Origin: an uncultured bacterium
GTDB taxonomy: Bacteria > Bacillota_I > Bacilli_A > RFN20 > CAG-826
NCBI GenBank assembly: GCA_949291375.1
Contig: CASEVI010000001.1
Span: forward strand, 68,980 to 132,979
Direction: 5' to 3'
Length of the DNA stretch: 64,000 bases
Shown here piece by piece: positions 19,757-28,844 of this stretch. The first letter of the stretch is position 1. Every line of letters starts with the position of its first letter. A program made the translations under genes and the position numbers. The notes beneath the pieces are model-generated. The model worked only from the letters and a program-made list of their open reading frames with translations, had not been told where the DNA came from and ran no database searches.

Positions 19757-19781
19757 TATAAAATCTCTACTTTCATTTTTC

Positions 19782-19840
19782 TTTATTAGTAAAATTATAC
19801 CATAATCTATGGTATAATTTTTATTAATATTACTAATAAA
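19782..19840. promoter_or_regulatory. Palindromic divergent promoter region (nagA / aldose epimerase)
   Basis: AAAATTATACCATA-ATC-TATGGTATAATTTT perfect inverted repeat giving TGGTATAAT on both strands, flanked by TTATTAGTAA / TTACTAATAA. Confidence 0.6.
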
Positions 19841-19866
19841 TTTTAAAAATATTAAAGGATAAATAT

Positions 19867-20715
19867 ATGATTGAAACAATAAAAAATAACTCTTTAGAAG
19901 TAAAAATATCAACTATTGGAGCATTATTAACATCAATTAAAGATTTAAATAATAATAACGAAGAGCTTTTATATCAAATAGAAGAAAATTCATGGCCTTT
20001 CCAAGATGTTCAAATATTTCCACTTATTGGAAAAGGAGAATATATTTATAAAAATAAAAAATATGAATTTCCTCTTCGTCATGGTTTTATAAGAAATTCT
20101 TATTTTGAAGTAGTTAAAAAAGATGAAGATGAAATAACATTATCTTTTACTTCTAATGAAGAAACTTATAAGATTTATCCTTTTTTATTTACATTTTTAA
20201 TTACTTTTTCATTAAATGAATATACTTTAAATGTTAAAACTAAAATAATAAATAATGATAAAAGTAAAGATTTATATTGTGCTTATGGTTCTCATACTGG
20301 TTTAAAAGCATCTTCAAAAAATGGAAAAATTAGTTTTGATAAAGATATAAAAATTAATCCATTAACTAAAAATGGATTAATCGATTTAAATATTGAAGAA
20401 AATTTGAGAATAAAAGAATTAAGTTTAACTAAAGATACATTTAAAAAATATGATACATTAGTTTTAAGAAATCGTTATTCTTCAATTACTTTAGATAATG
20501 GGTTTAATTATTTAGTTAAATATAATTTTTTAAATGCTCCATATTTAGCAGTTTGGTCAAATAGTAATAAGGGTGAATTTATTTGTGTTGAACCTTGGTG
20601 GGGTATTTCTAATTACACTAACGAATTAATAAATATTAAAGATATTAATGAGATAAATGTTATAAAAAATGAGAAAGAATTCTCTTATTCATTCTCATTT
20701 GTCTATAAAAATTAA
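19867..20715 (+). CDS. Aldose 1-epimerase family protein (LacX-like)
   Basis: FPLIG, RHGF, GSHTGL, FICVEPWWG. Confidence 0.88.
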   Translation: MIETIKNNSLEVKISTIGALLTSIKDLNNNNEELLYQIEENSWPFQDVQIFPLIGKGEYIYKNKKYEFPLRHGFIRNSYFEVVKKDEDEITLSFTSNEETYKIYPFLFTFLITFSLNEYTLNVKTKIINNDKSKDLYCAYGSHTGLKASSKNGKISFDKDIKINPLTKNGLIDLNIEENLRIKELSLTKDTFKKYDTLVLRNRYSSITLDNGFNYLVKYNFLNAPYLAVWSNSNKGEFICVEPWWGISNYTNELINIKDINEINVIKNEKEFSYSFSFVYKN

Positions 20716-20734
20716 TTAACTATTTAAATATTTA

Positions 20735-21508
20735 TTAAGATACATAATCTACTTTAATACCAATATTTTTAAAGAAATCTTTGTATTCAATAGCAAGTTC
20801 ATCATCAGTTACAATTCGACTTACTTGGGATTGAGTAAATTGAACTAATAAACCTCTTTTATTAAATTTAGATGAATCAGTGATAATAATAATGTTTTTA
20901 GCACTTTCAGCCATATTTTTTATTGCTTCACTTCTAGAAAAATCACTTCCCATAAAACCAATGTTTTTAACAAATCCATCAGTTCCTAAAAAGATTTTAT
21001 CAACAAAAAATTGACGAACACTACTTCTTACAAGTGGACCAACTAATACTTGAGCATCATTTTGATATTCTCCACCTAAAAGAATAATTTTATTATTACC
21101 TAATTTAGAAGCGTGTTCAGCAATATAAATTGAATGGGTAATAATTGTAACACCTGGTTTATTTTTAACAATTTCTTCAGCTAAAAGAGCACAGGTTGAA
21201 CCACTTCCAATTAAAATAGTTTCATTTACATCAATTAAAGAAGCTGCTTTTTTAGCAATCTTACATTTTTTATCATAATTAATTGATAAACGATTAGTAA
21301 TATCAGCAGTATTCTTTTTTAAAGCAAAACCATGTCTTCTAATTAAAATTCCATAATCACTTAAAAGATCTAAATCTTTACGAATAGTTACTTCACTAAC
21401 ATTTAATAATTTAGATAAATCTTTAACGGTTATACTTTTTTTTGCATCAACAAGTTCGACTATTTCACTTTGTCTTTTATTAATTTTCATTCTTCCTTGT
21501 CTCTTCAT
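20735..21508 (-). CDS. DeoR/GlpR family transcriptional regulator
   Basis: HTH VSEVTIRKDL, RRHGFA, KCKIAKKAA, GSGST, VDKIFLGTDG, DSSKF. Confidence 0.95.
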   Translation of the reverse strand: MKRQGRMKINKRQSEIVELVDAKKSITVKDLSKLLNVSEVTIRKDLDLLSDYGILIRRHGFALKKNTADITNRLSINYDKKCKIAKKAASLIDVNETILIGSGSTCALLAEEIVKNKPGVTIITHSIYIAEHASKLGNNKIILLGGEYQNDAQVLVGPLVRSSVRQFFVDKIFLGTDGFVKNIGFMGSDFSRSEAIKNMAESAKNIIIITDSSKFNKRGLLVQFTQSQVSRIVTDDELAIEYKDFFKNIGIKVDYVS

Positions 21509-21524
21509 ATATAAATGATAGATT

Positions 21525-21559
21525 AATAGTTTCGTTTTGTAAATATAAACGAAACTATT
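21525..21559. promoter_or_regulatory. Putative DeoR-family operator palindrome
   Basis: AATAGTTTCGTTT-N9-AAACGAAACTATT perfect 13-bp inverted repeat 17 bp upstream of the regulator start, between the divergent deoR-type and tauE-type genes. Confidence 0.7.
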
Positions 21560-21654
21560 TATATATTTATAAGTACAATTTTACTAGTTATTATTTATAC
21601 ATAAATAATAAAATAACTTTTATTTCATTATTATAAAGAGTATTATCTACTTAT

Positions 21655-22506
21655 ATGGTTTATTATTTTATTTTTCCTCTAGTTGTTATAATTGCTTCAA
21701 TTGTTGGAGCGATTGCGGGGATTGGTGGAGGAGTCATCATTCGTCCAGTACTAGATGCTTTTAATTATTTTTCTACTCCTGAAATAACTAATATGATTTC
21801 AACGATGTGTGTTGTTTTTGGAACTTCAACTTCGATAATTCGTCATATTGCATCTAAAAGTAAGATTGAAAATTGGAAAACTGCTGTATTTTTAGGAATT
21901 GGAGCGGTTGTAGGAGGAGTTATTGGTCAATATTTATTCCAATTTGTTAAAGATTCTTCAAATGGTGATGTTTTAATTATTATTCAATCAGCTATTTTAA
22001 TTGCTCTTTTAGTTTTTGTTCTTATTTATATGAAGCTTCTTCTTCCTAAAGGAAAACAAATGCATATTAAAAACTTTATAGTAACAAGTATTATTGGAAT
22101 ATTTTTAGGAATTTGTTCTACTTTCTTAGGAATTGGAGGAGGACCTATTAATGTTGCTGTTTTACTTCTTTTCTTTGGAATGGATATGAAACAAGCGGCA
22201 ATTAATTCACTTATTACAATTATTTTCTCTCAACTTTCTAAAATAGTAATGGCTGGAATTGATGGAACATTTATTACACTTTTTACAATTAATGAACTTC
22301 CTACTCAAGCAGATCAATCTTGGTGGATATTCCTTCTTATCTTAGTACCTATTTCAATTATTGGATCACTTTTAGGAACATTCTTTAATAAAAAAATGAA
22401 CAATAAAGGTGTTCAAATAGTTTATATGGCTACTACTGTTGCAATTATTATTATTAATATTTATTTAATTGTAATGTCTTCTCTTAGACTCGGTGAAATA
22501 ATTTAA
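21655..22506 (+). CDS. TauE/SafE (TSUP) family transporter
   Basis: Two repeats GAIAGIGGGVIIRP / STFLGIGGGPINVA. Hydrophobic multi-pass protein. Confidence 0.88.
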   Translation: MVYYFIFPLVVIIASIVGAIAGIGGGVIIRPVLDAFNYFSTPEITNMISTMCVVFGTSTSIIRHIASKSKIENWKTAVFLGIGAVVGGVIGQYLFQFVKDSSNGDVLIIIQSAILIALLVFVLIYMKLLLPKGKQMHIKNFIVTSIIGIFLGICSTFLGIGGGPINVAVLLLFFGMDMKQAAINSLITIIFSQLSKIVMAGIDGTFITLFTINELPTQADQSWWIFLLILVPISIIGSLLGTFFNKKMNNKGVQIVYMATTVAIIIINIYLIVMSSLRLGEII

Positions 22507-22535
22507 TATATATAAACTAAAAATAAATTATTATA

Positions 22536-22572
22536 GAAAAGAGAATATAAATTGACTTTATATTCTCTTTTC
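22536..22572. terminator. Bidirectional intrinsic terminator
   Basis: GAAAAGAGAATATA / TATATTCTCTTTTC inverted repeat between convergent genes. Confidence 0.75.
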
Positions 22573-22699
22573 ATTTTAAGTTTTAAAAGGGGTGTAAATA
22601 TTTAAAAATCATTTAAAACTTATTTATATTATTACACTTAAAATATAAAAATGTTGTGAATATATGTAAAGTTTTATTAGATACGACTTAAATAATAAA

Positions 22700-23236
22700 T
22701 TATTCAATATAAATATAATTTAATGACCCGTTTATTTCATAAACATAGTGTGAAGAATCACATTTTAAAACGAAATTAGAATCTACTTGAATATATTTTT
22801 CATTGAATAAGGAATCTATAACATCACTATTTGTTAAAAGTGAGATGTTATCTTCTCTACTTTTATTAAAAGTTTTTGTAGGCATATTTGTTTTAAAAAG
22901 TTCTAAACATTCATCATAACTTGATTTTAATGGCCACTTATAAATAAATGGTTCAAATAAAACCCCCCGTTCGGCAATGCCATAAATATATAAAGTATAT
23001 ACATTATTTATTTTTCCATATAAAGAATAAATTACGCCATAAGGATTTTCTTGTTCTTCTTTAGGAGCAAGTTCATTTTTATAAGCAGAAGCATAAGAAA
23101 AAATATAGGTTTCTTCATAATTTAATTTTTTTGTTAATTCTTCATATACTTCCTCGTGTGATGGAGCGGCATATAAACAAGAAGTACTTAATAAAGAAGT
23201 AAAAAATAAAGTTGTAATTAATAAAATCTTTTTCAT
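22700..23236 (-). CDS. Hypothetical lipoprotein
   Basis: MKK + hydrophobic stretch + LSTSC lipobox-like. No recognisable domain. Confidence 0.6.
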   Translation of the reverse strand: MKKILLITTLFFTSLLSTSCLYAAPSHEEVYEELTKKLNYEETYIFSYASAYKNELAPKEEQENPYGVIYSLYGKINNVYTLYIYGIAERGVLFEPFIYKWPLKSSYDECLELFKTNMPTKTFNKSREDNISLLTNSDVIDSLFNEKYIQVDSNFVLKCDSSHYVYEINGSLNYIYIE

Positions 23237-23470
23237 ATAAAAATATTTTACATTAAATTTATGTATATAACTATGTAGTAGAATGTGTTAAATGTTTTTT
23301 GTTAGTTAAAATTAATAATTTGCACACTATTTTATTCAAATTATCGATATTAAATAATAAGATAATAATCATATATTTTCTAGAATTCAAAAAAAGAAAT
23401 AACTTTTAAAGTAAATAAAAATAATATTTATATTATTGCATTAGCATAATTGATCGATTCATATTTAAAA

Positions 23471-23488
23471 GAGGAGTTTTCACTCCTC
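23471..23488 (-). terminator. Terminator of the tpi-like...ABC operon
   Basis: GAGGAGT-TTTC-ACTCCTC hairpin followed by a T tract on the minus strand. Confidence 0.65.
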
Positions 23489-23528
23489 TCAATAAGACAA
23501 ATAATTATTTAAATGTTTTTATAATAAA

Positions 23529-24692
23529 TTATTCACCTAAAACTGCTTTTGCTGCTTCATAAATGTAACTGAAATCAGCATTCTTCTCAACTGAAGCGTC
23601 TGCAGAAACTTTATCAGCATTTCCACCAACTCTATCAGCATCTAAGATATTTTGAGCATATTCAGCCATTTTGCCACTTTCATATAATTCGATTTGTTCT
23701 TTATCACCTAACCAAATAGCAATATCTGTAGCTAAATCTTCAGCCATAACTGAACCGGCTGTAATTTCTTCGATATCATTACATGTTTCTTCTGGATTAT
23801 CTCTACGGAAATTCATTCCTTTAACGAGACCTCTCATAACTTTCTTGAAAGTTTCTTCATTGTTTTCTAACCAATCAGCGTTAACTGCCCAAGTAGATGG
23901 TTTATATTGATCAGCAAAGTGTGTTGATGTTTTACAAACAACTTTCATTGTTCCTAAATCTTCAAGTAATGTTGCTGATGGAGCGAAAGCAATAACGAAG
24001 TCATAGTTTGTTGCTTGAATTGCTGTTGAAGCAGAATCAACTTGTGAAACTGTAATTTCATTGTCTGGATTATAAGTAGTTAAGTTATTTGGAACTTTAA
24101 CACCTGTTGAGTCTGTGTACCAAATATCATCGCCATCGTCCATAATTGCATTAACGCCATCAATAATTGTAGTTAAGAATTGAGCTGGTGTTTTTGTTAA
24201 ATCTAATCCAATAGAAGCGCCTTTTAAAGCATTTCCGATTTCTTCTAAAGATGATTCAAGAGTTAAATCTTTACCAGGACCTGCTGGATTTGCAAATAAT
24301 CTGTCATCATCTGTTAAATTGTCAAGAGCTACTAATTTAATTTGTGGATCTTCTGCCCAATAATTGTAAGCAACACCACCACCCATGAATGAAATTTGAA
24401 TATCGCCATTCATAACTTGAGTAGCTAATGCAGGTCCAGCACCAACGACTGCTTCTGCTTCGATACCTTCTTCTTTAAAGAATCCTTGGTTAATAGCACT
24501 ATAACCAGCGCCAGCACCTAAATTACTATGTAAACCGATTTTGATTTTTTCAACTGTAGGGGTTGGATCTGGATCTGGTGTTGGATCTGGATCTGGTGTT
24601 GGATCTGGATTTGGTGTTAGATTACAAGCAACTAATGCTCCTAAACCAAGAAAACCGATTGCTAATAATGATAAAAGCTTTGTTTTTTTCAT
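23529..24692 (-). CDS. NitT/TauT (SsuA-like) ABC transporter substrate-binding lipoprotein
   Basis: Lipobox LVAC, Pro-rich linker, GFFKEEGIEAE, GDIQISFMG. Last gene of an ABC operon. Confidence 0.82.
   Translation of the reverse strand: MKKTKLLSLLAIGFLGLGALVACNLTPNPDPTPDPDPTPDPDPTPTVEKIKIGLHSNLGAGAGYSAINQGFFKEEGIEAEAVVGAGPALATQVMNGDIQISFMGGGVAYNYWAEDPQIKLVALDNLTDDDRLFANPAGPGKDLTLESSLEEIGNALKGASIGLDLTKTPAQFLTTIIDGVNAIMDDGDDIWYTDSTGVKVPNNLTTYNPDNEITVSQVDSASTAIQATNYDFVIAFAPSATLLEDLGTMKVVCKTSTHFADQYKPSTWAVNADWLENNEETFKKVMRGLVKGMNFRRDNPEETCNDIEEITAGSVMAEDLATDIAIWLGDKEQIELYESGKMAEYAQNILDADRVGGNADKVSADASVEKNADFSYIYEAAKAVLGE
24562..24615. repeat. 3 x 18-bp tandem repeat encoding a (TP[D/N]PDP)3 linker
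   Basis: GTTGGATCTGGATCTGGT twice plus GTTGGATCTGGATTTGGT. Confidence 0.9.
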
Positions 24693-24749
24693 AAATTCTC
24701 CTCTAAATTTTAAATTATTTATTTCACAAATATTTTTGTGTAAACCTAA

Positions 24750-25649
24750 TTAATGTTTTGTACTGTCAACATACATCTTATAAACTACATCCCAAATATG
24801 ATTACGATATTCTTGGAATTTAGGATCAAGTTTTGTTGCTTGCGTACGTGGATAAGGTAAATCAATATCAATAATTTCTTTTACTTGTCCTGGTCTTGCA
24901 CTCATGATAATAACTCTAGAAGCAAGGAGGACACATTCATCAACATCATGAGTAATAAAGAAACATGTTTTTCTTTCCTTTTCCCATGTTCTTAATAAAT
25001 CTTCTTGAAGTTGAGATCTTGTTTGAGCATCTAAAGCTCCAAATGGTTCATCAAGTAGTAAGACTTCAGAATTCAATGCATATCCTCTAGCGATTGCAAC
25101 TCTTTGCTTCATGCCACCAGATAATTCTTTTGGATATTTATTTTCAAACCCATTTAATTGAACCATGTCAATATATTTTTGTGCAATAGCTTCTCTTTCT
25201 AATTTAGAATAATTAACTCTCTTCATTAATGGAACAGTATTTCCATTTTCATCGGTAGTATATACTTGTTCCATTTCTCCGGTTTTCTTATTCTTTTTCA
25301 TTACTGGTACTTCGTGTTTAATAAATTTAGTACCATACATAACATTCTTTTTAACAGTTGACCAAGGGAATAAGGCATATTGTTGGAAAATAATTCCTCT
25401 ATCTGGGCCAGGCCCAAGAATCGGCCTTCCATGAATTGTTGCTTCTCCACTTGTTGGTTGTTCAAGTCCCCCAATAATATTTAATAATGTAGTTTTACCA
25501 CAGCCAGACGGACCAACAACACAAATAAACTCATTTTCTCTAATTTCAAGATTAACACCATTTAAAGCGACAACATCTTCGCCGTTTTCAACAGGATAAA
25601 TCTTTTTAACGTTATCAATTTTTATAACAACTTTTCCTTCGTTACTCAT
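24750..25649 (-). CDS. NitT/TauT ABC transporter ATP-binding protein
   Basis: [46 protein letters not shown]. Confidence 0.95.
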   Translation of the reverse strand: MSNEGKVVIKIDNVKKIYPVENGEDVVALNGVNLEIRENEFICVVGPSGCGKTTLLNIIGGLEQPTSGEATIHGRPILGPGPDRGIIFQQYALFPWSTVKKNVMYGTKFIKHEVPVMKKNKKTGEMEQVYTTDENGNTVPLMKRVNYSKLEREAIAQKYIDMVQLNGFENKYPKELSGGMKQRVAIARGYALNSEVLLLDEPFGALDAQTRSQLQEDLLRTWEKERKTCFFITHDVDECVLLASRVIIMSARPGQVKEIIDIDLPYPRTQATKLDPKFQEYRNHIWDVVYKMYVDSTKH

Positions 25650-25661
25650 AAATTTCTCCTA

Positions 25662-26591
25662 TTATTTCCATCTTGTTAATCTTTTTTCGATTATTAATAA
25701 AATTTTATCTAATAAAATTCCAAATAAACCAAGAACAATGATACCCATAATACAGTAATCAAGTCTTAAGTTATTACCTTGGTTATTAATAAAGAAACCT
25801 AAACCAAATTGGGTTCCACTCATTTCAGCAGCAACTAATGTTGTCATAGCAGCACCAACACCAAGTCTCATAGCGGTAAGAATGAATGGGAATGCGCTAG
25901 GAACAATAACACCTAAGAATAAGTTTCTATCTTTAGCACCAAATGTATATGCGGCTTTAACTAATGTTAAATCAACATTTCTAACACCTTGATAAATTGT
26001 AACGGTCATTGTTAAGAAAACTGCTAACCAAATGATGAAATATTTAGCGCCTTCGCCACCAGCAAATGCAGCAACAACGATAGGAACATAAGCTAATGGT
26101 GGAATGCATCTTAAGAATTGAACAAATGGATCTAAGAATGCTCTAACAGGTTTATACCAAGCCATCAAGAATGCAACTGGAATTGAAGTTACACATGCAA
26201 TTAAGAAACCGATAAGAACACGTTGAACGGAATACCATAAATGCTGCCACAATCTTCCGTTACTAGCCATTTCAATAAATTTTGAAACGACTTCTGGAGG
26301 TGATGATAGCCAGCTCTTTCCTCCCATTACATCAACCGCAATGTAAGAATAAAGCCACCAGATTGCAATAACGCAAATAACACCAACTAAACCAACAATC
26401 GCAGTTTTCCATCCTGGCCATAAAGAGAAATCTTTCATTTTTTTAGGACCAGAAGTGGCAACATCGTTAACAGGTTTTGATAATCTTGTTAAGTCAACGG
26501 CTGCAATTGCTGCTTCTCTTTCTTCTCTCTTTTTAATAATGAATGCAGGTGTTAATTTCTCTTTAAGAGATTTTTTCTTTTCTTCTGCCAT
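25662..26591 (-). CDS. NitT/TauT ABC transporter permease
   Basis: SVQRVLIGF, RCIPPLAYVP, EAA-like LVKAAYTFGA, LVAAEM..GLG. Confidence 0.93.
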   Translation of the reverse strand: MAEEKKKSLKEKLTPAFIIKKREEREAAIAAVDLTRLSKPVNDVATSGPKKMKDFSLWPGWKTAIVGLVGVICVIAIWWLYSYIAVDVMGGKSWLSSPPEVVSKFIEMASNGRLWQHLWYSVQRVLIGFLIACVTSIPVAFLMAWYKPVRAFLDPFVQFLRCIPPLAYVPIVVAAFAGGEGAKYFIIWLAVFLTMTVTIYQGVRNVDLTLVKAAYTFGAKDRNLFLGVIVPSAFPFILTAMRLGVGAAMTTLVAAEMSGTQFGLGFFINNQGNNLRLDYCIMGIIVLGLFGILLDKILLIIEKRLTRWK

Positions 26592-26604
26592 AAATAACTA
26601 CTCC

Positions 26605-27417
26605 TTAATCAGCTAATTCTTCGCTGATGCCAATACGAGTATCATCATGGTCTTGAAGCAATGTTACAGGATAAGCAACAGTTTTATCTAAGAAACTAGC
26701 TCTTCTTACGACTGATCTATGCCAATTTCTAAAGCAATACAATCTAATCTTTTTTGCAGATAATATTTCTTTAAAGCCAATAGTGATTGCATATTCTGGC
26801 ATAAGATAATATGCACCATCGAAATCATCCATTGAGTTAACAACTCTAGTTGCTTCAGTAATTTTAACTACTCTGGTTCCTAAGTTTTTATACTCTTCTT
26901 CGCTTTCACCATGTTCAGGTGGTTCATTGAAAGCGATGTGACCAGTAATTCCAATACCTCCGAAACAAATGTCAACTCCGCCATGATCTTGTATAACTTT
27001 ATCAATGTATTCGATATTTTCTAAACTAGGAAAGATTCTTTGCTTTTCATCCATAATTAAGTCTTTATCGATTAAGTTATAACAAATTTCATACATTATT
27101 TTTCTAAATGATAATGGATTTGTAACATCAACTAAGTGAGATTCGTCATCCATATATTCATCCATATTTATAAATGTTACTTCTTTAAGAGAAACTCTTT
27201 CTTCATTAACTCTTTTAGCAAAGTATTTATATTGACCTACAGGTCCTAAAGGTACAATAAATAATGTTTTTTTATTGTTAGCATTATTTTCTTTAATAGT
27301 ATCAACCATTAAATCGGCCATCGATTTAAAGGTTGATTCTTTATCTTTATAAATATCAATTGGTATTTTACCAGTTGTAATATCTTTACCTTTAATTTTT
27401 AAGAAATCTTTATTCAT
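26605..27417 (-). CDS. NagB-like glucosamine-6-phosphate isomerase/deaminase family protein
   Basis: PLGPVGQY, NMDEY (catalytic Asp), GGIGITGHIAFNEP, TIGFKEIL. Confidence 0.85.
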   Translation of the reverse strand: MNKDFLKIKGKDITTGKIPIDIYKDKESTFKSMADLMVDTIKENNANNKKTLFIVPLGPVGQYKYFAKRVNEERVSLKEVTFINMDEYMDDESHLVDVTNPLSFRKIMYEICYNLIDKDLIMDEKQRIFPSLENIEYIDKVIQDHGGVDICFGGIGITGHIAFNEPPEHGESEEEYKNLGTRVVKITEATRVVNSMDDFDGAYYLMPEYAITIGFKEILSAKKIRLYCFRNWHRSVVRRASFLDKTVAYPVTLLQDHDDTRIGISEELAD

Positions 27418-28843
27418 CTTTGTCTTCCTCCATACATAAGTGAACTGATGGACGTTTAAATGTCATTGGTAAGACTAAGACATTTGGATGATCGCCAACA
27501 AATTTTTTAGCATCATTATATGCTTCCATAACTGTATTTCTTGTCTTCATTCCCATTTCTCTAGCCCAGCCAGGTTTTTTAGCTCCAACAATATAAACAG
27601 CTTTACAATCTCTTTCTGCAATATGAGCACAAGAGATCATTGAGAATGCATGGAATGGATGGAATGCGTAATTGAAACGATATGCATCAATATATTTTTT
27701 TGTATCCATCTTATCATAATAATGTTCAATATCTGGTAATGTATTGCCATTATTAACATAATAATCAAAGACATCTTTCATTGCTGGGAATTCTTCATCC
27801 CCGAAATCATCGCATTGAGCTAAAGCAATAATAACTGGATTATCACTCATAACTCTTTTAAGTCTTATGATTTGAGCAGCAATTGCTTGTTCAATTAAGA
27901 TAGGGTTTCTTCCTTGTCTTGTACCATATTGGAAGTCATTTGGAAGACCCATAATAATTACGTCGTATTTTTTCTTTGCCCAATGGACATAAGTTCTTTT
28001 ATCCGCAACTTCCCAACTTGCTTTTTCTACAGCATGCGCTTCACCTGCAAATACAGCAATTTGATGAGAGAATGAATCTAACACAGCATCAACACAGAAG
28101 AAGCTTCTTCCCATTCCGTGTTCCATCCATTCACCTATAGCGTCAAATTTTTGTCTCATTAATGAATGCGAAGTAACTGGAACGAAATCATCTCTATGCA
28201 TGACAGCTGGGCAGTGATGAGATGAAATTGATTCCCAATTTGAGATACCAGTTGCACAGTGTTTATATCCACCGCTATATCCACCATAAGGATTACCTTG
28301 AGTATGACCAATTAAGAATGTTATATCGCTATCATAAACGTACTTATTGATAACAACTTTAGCATTGAATTTAGGTTCATAACCAAGATCAACTATATGT
28401 TCAGGATCTTCGCTATCATGGTTGATAATTTGTCCTTTTGGATAGAATCTATCAAAGATCTCATCTCCCAAAATTCTTTTAATTTCTTCAGGTTTATTTT
28501 TTCTATGTAAACCATTTGAACAGATAAGTAAGATATCTTTTTCTTCAACACCATATTTTTCACATTCACTAATAATTAATGGAATTGAAGTTTTACGGTG
28601 TGAATCATCTTGAAATCCACCTTTAACTTTGTCTGGGAAGACAATTGTTACCTTGCTTCCTTTATGAACCAATTCAGAAATTGGTTTCATATTGAGCGGA
28701 TGTAATAAAGCGTTCATCGTTGCTTCTTTAACATCCTTAATACCTTCTGGGTCTTTTACTGTAACACCTGTTTCAAAAATGTCACTACCTTCAGGTACTT
28801 CGACAGCAACTTGACCATCGCCATACTCTAAATTAACTTTCAT
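27410..28843 (-). CDS. LarA-family (DUF2088, nickel-pincer-dependent racemase/epimerase-like) protein, divergent
   Basis: N-terminal LEYG, CSNGLHR, NHD, GGYSGGYK (K184 equivalent), SHH (H200 equivalent). Confidence 0.85.
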   Translation of the reverse strand: MKVNLEYGDGQVAVEVPEGSDIFETGVTVKDPEGIKDVKEATMNALLHPLNMKPISELVHKGSKVTIVFPDKVKGGFQDDSHRKTSIPLIISECEKYGVEEKDILLICSNGLHRKNKPEEIKRILGDEIFDRFYPKGQIINHDSEDPEHIVDLGYEPKFNAKVVINKYVYDSDITFLIGHTQGNPYGGYSGGYKHCATGISNWESISSHHCPAVMHRDDFVPVTSHSLMRQKFDAIGEWMEHGMGRSFFCVDAVLDSFSHQIAVFAGEAHAVEKASWEVADKRTYVHWAKKKYDVIIMGLPNDFQYGTRQGRNPILIEQAIAAQIIRLKRVMSDNPVIIALAQCDDFGDEEFPAMKDVFDYYVNNGNTLPDIEHYYDKMDTKKYIDAYRFNYAFHPFHAFSMISCAHIAERDCKAVYIVGAKKPGWAREMGMKTRNTVMEAYNDAKKFVGDHPNVLVLPMTFKRPSVHLCMEEDKDE

Positions 28844-28844
28844 A

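Noticed and set aside
24562-24615. Tandem repeats as a CRISPR array
   Set aside because: Contiguous 18-bp repeats without spacers, in frame within a lipoprotein linker, and no cas genes.
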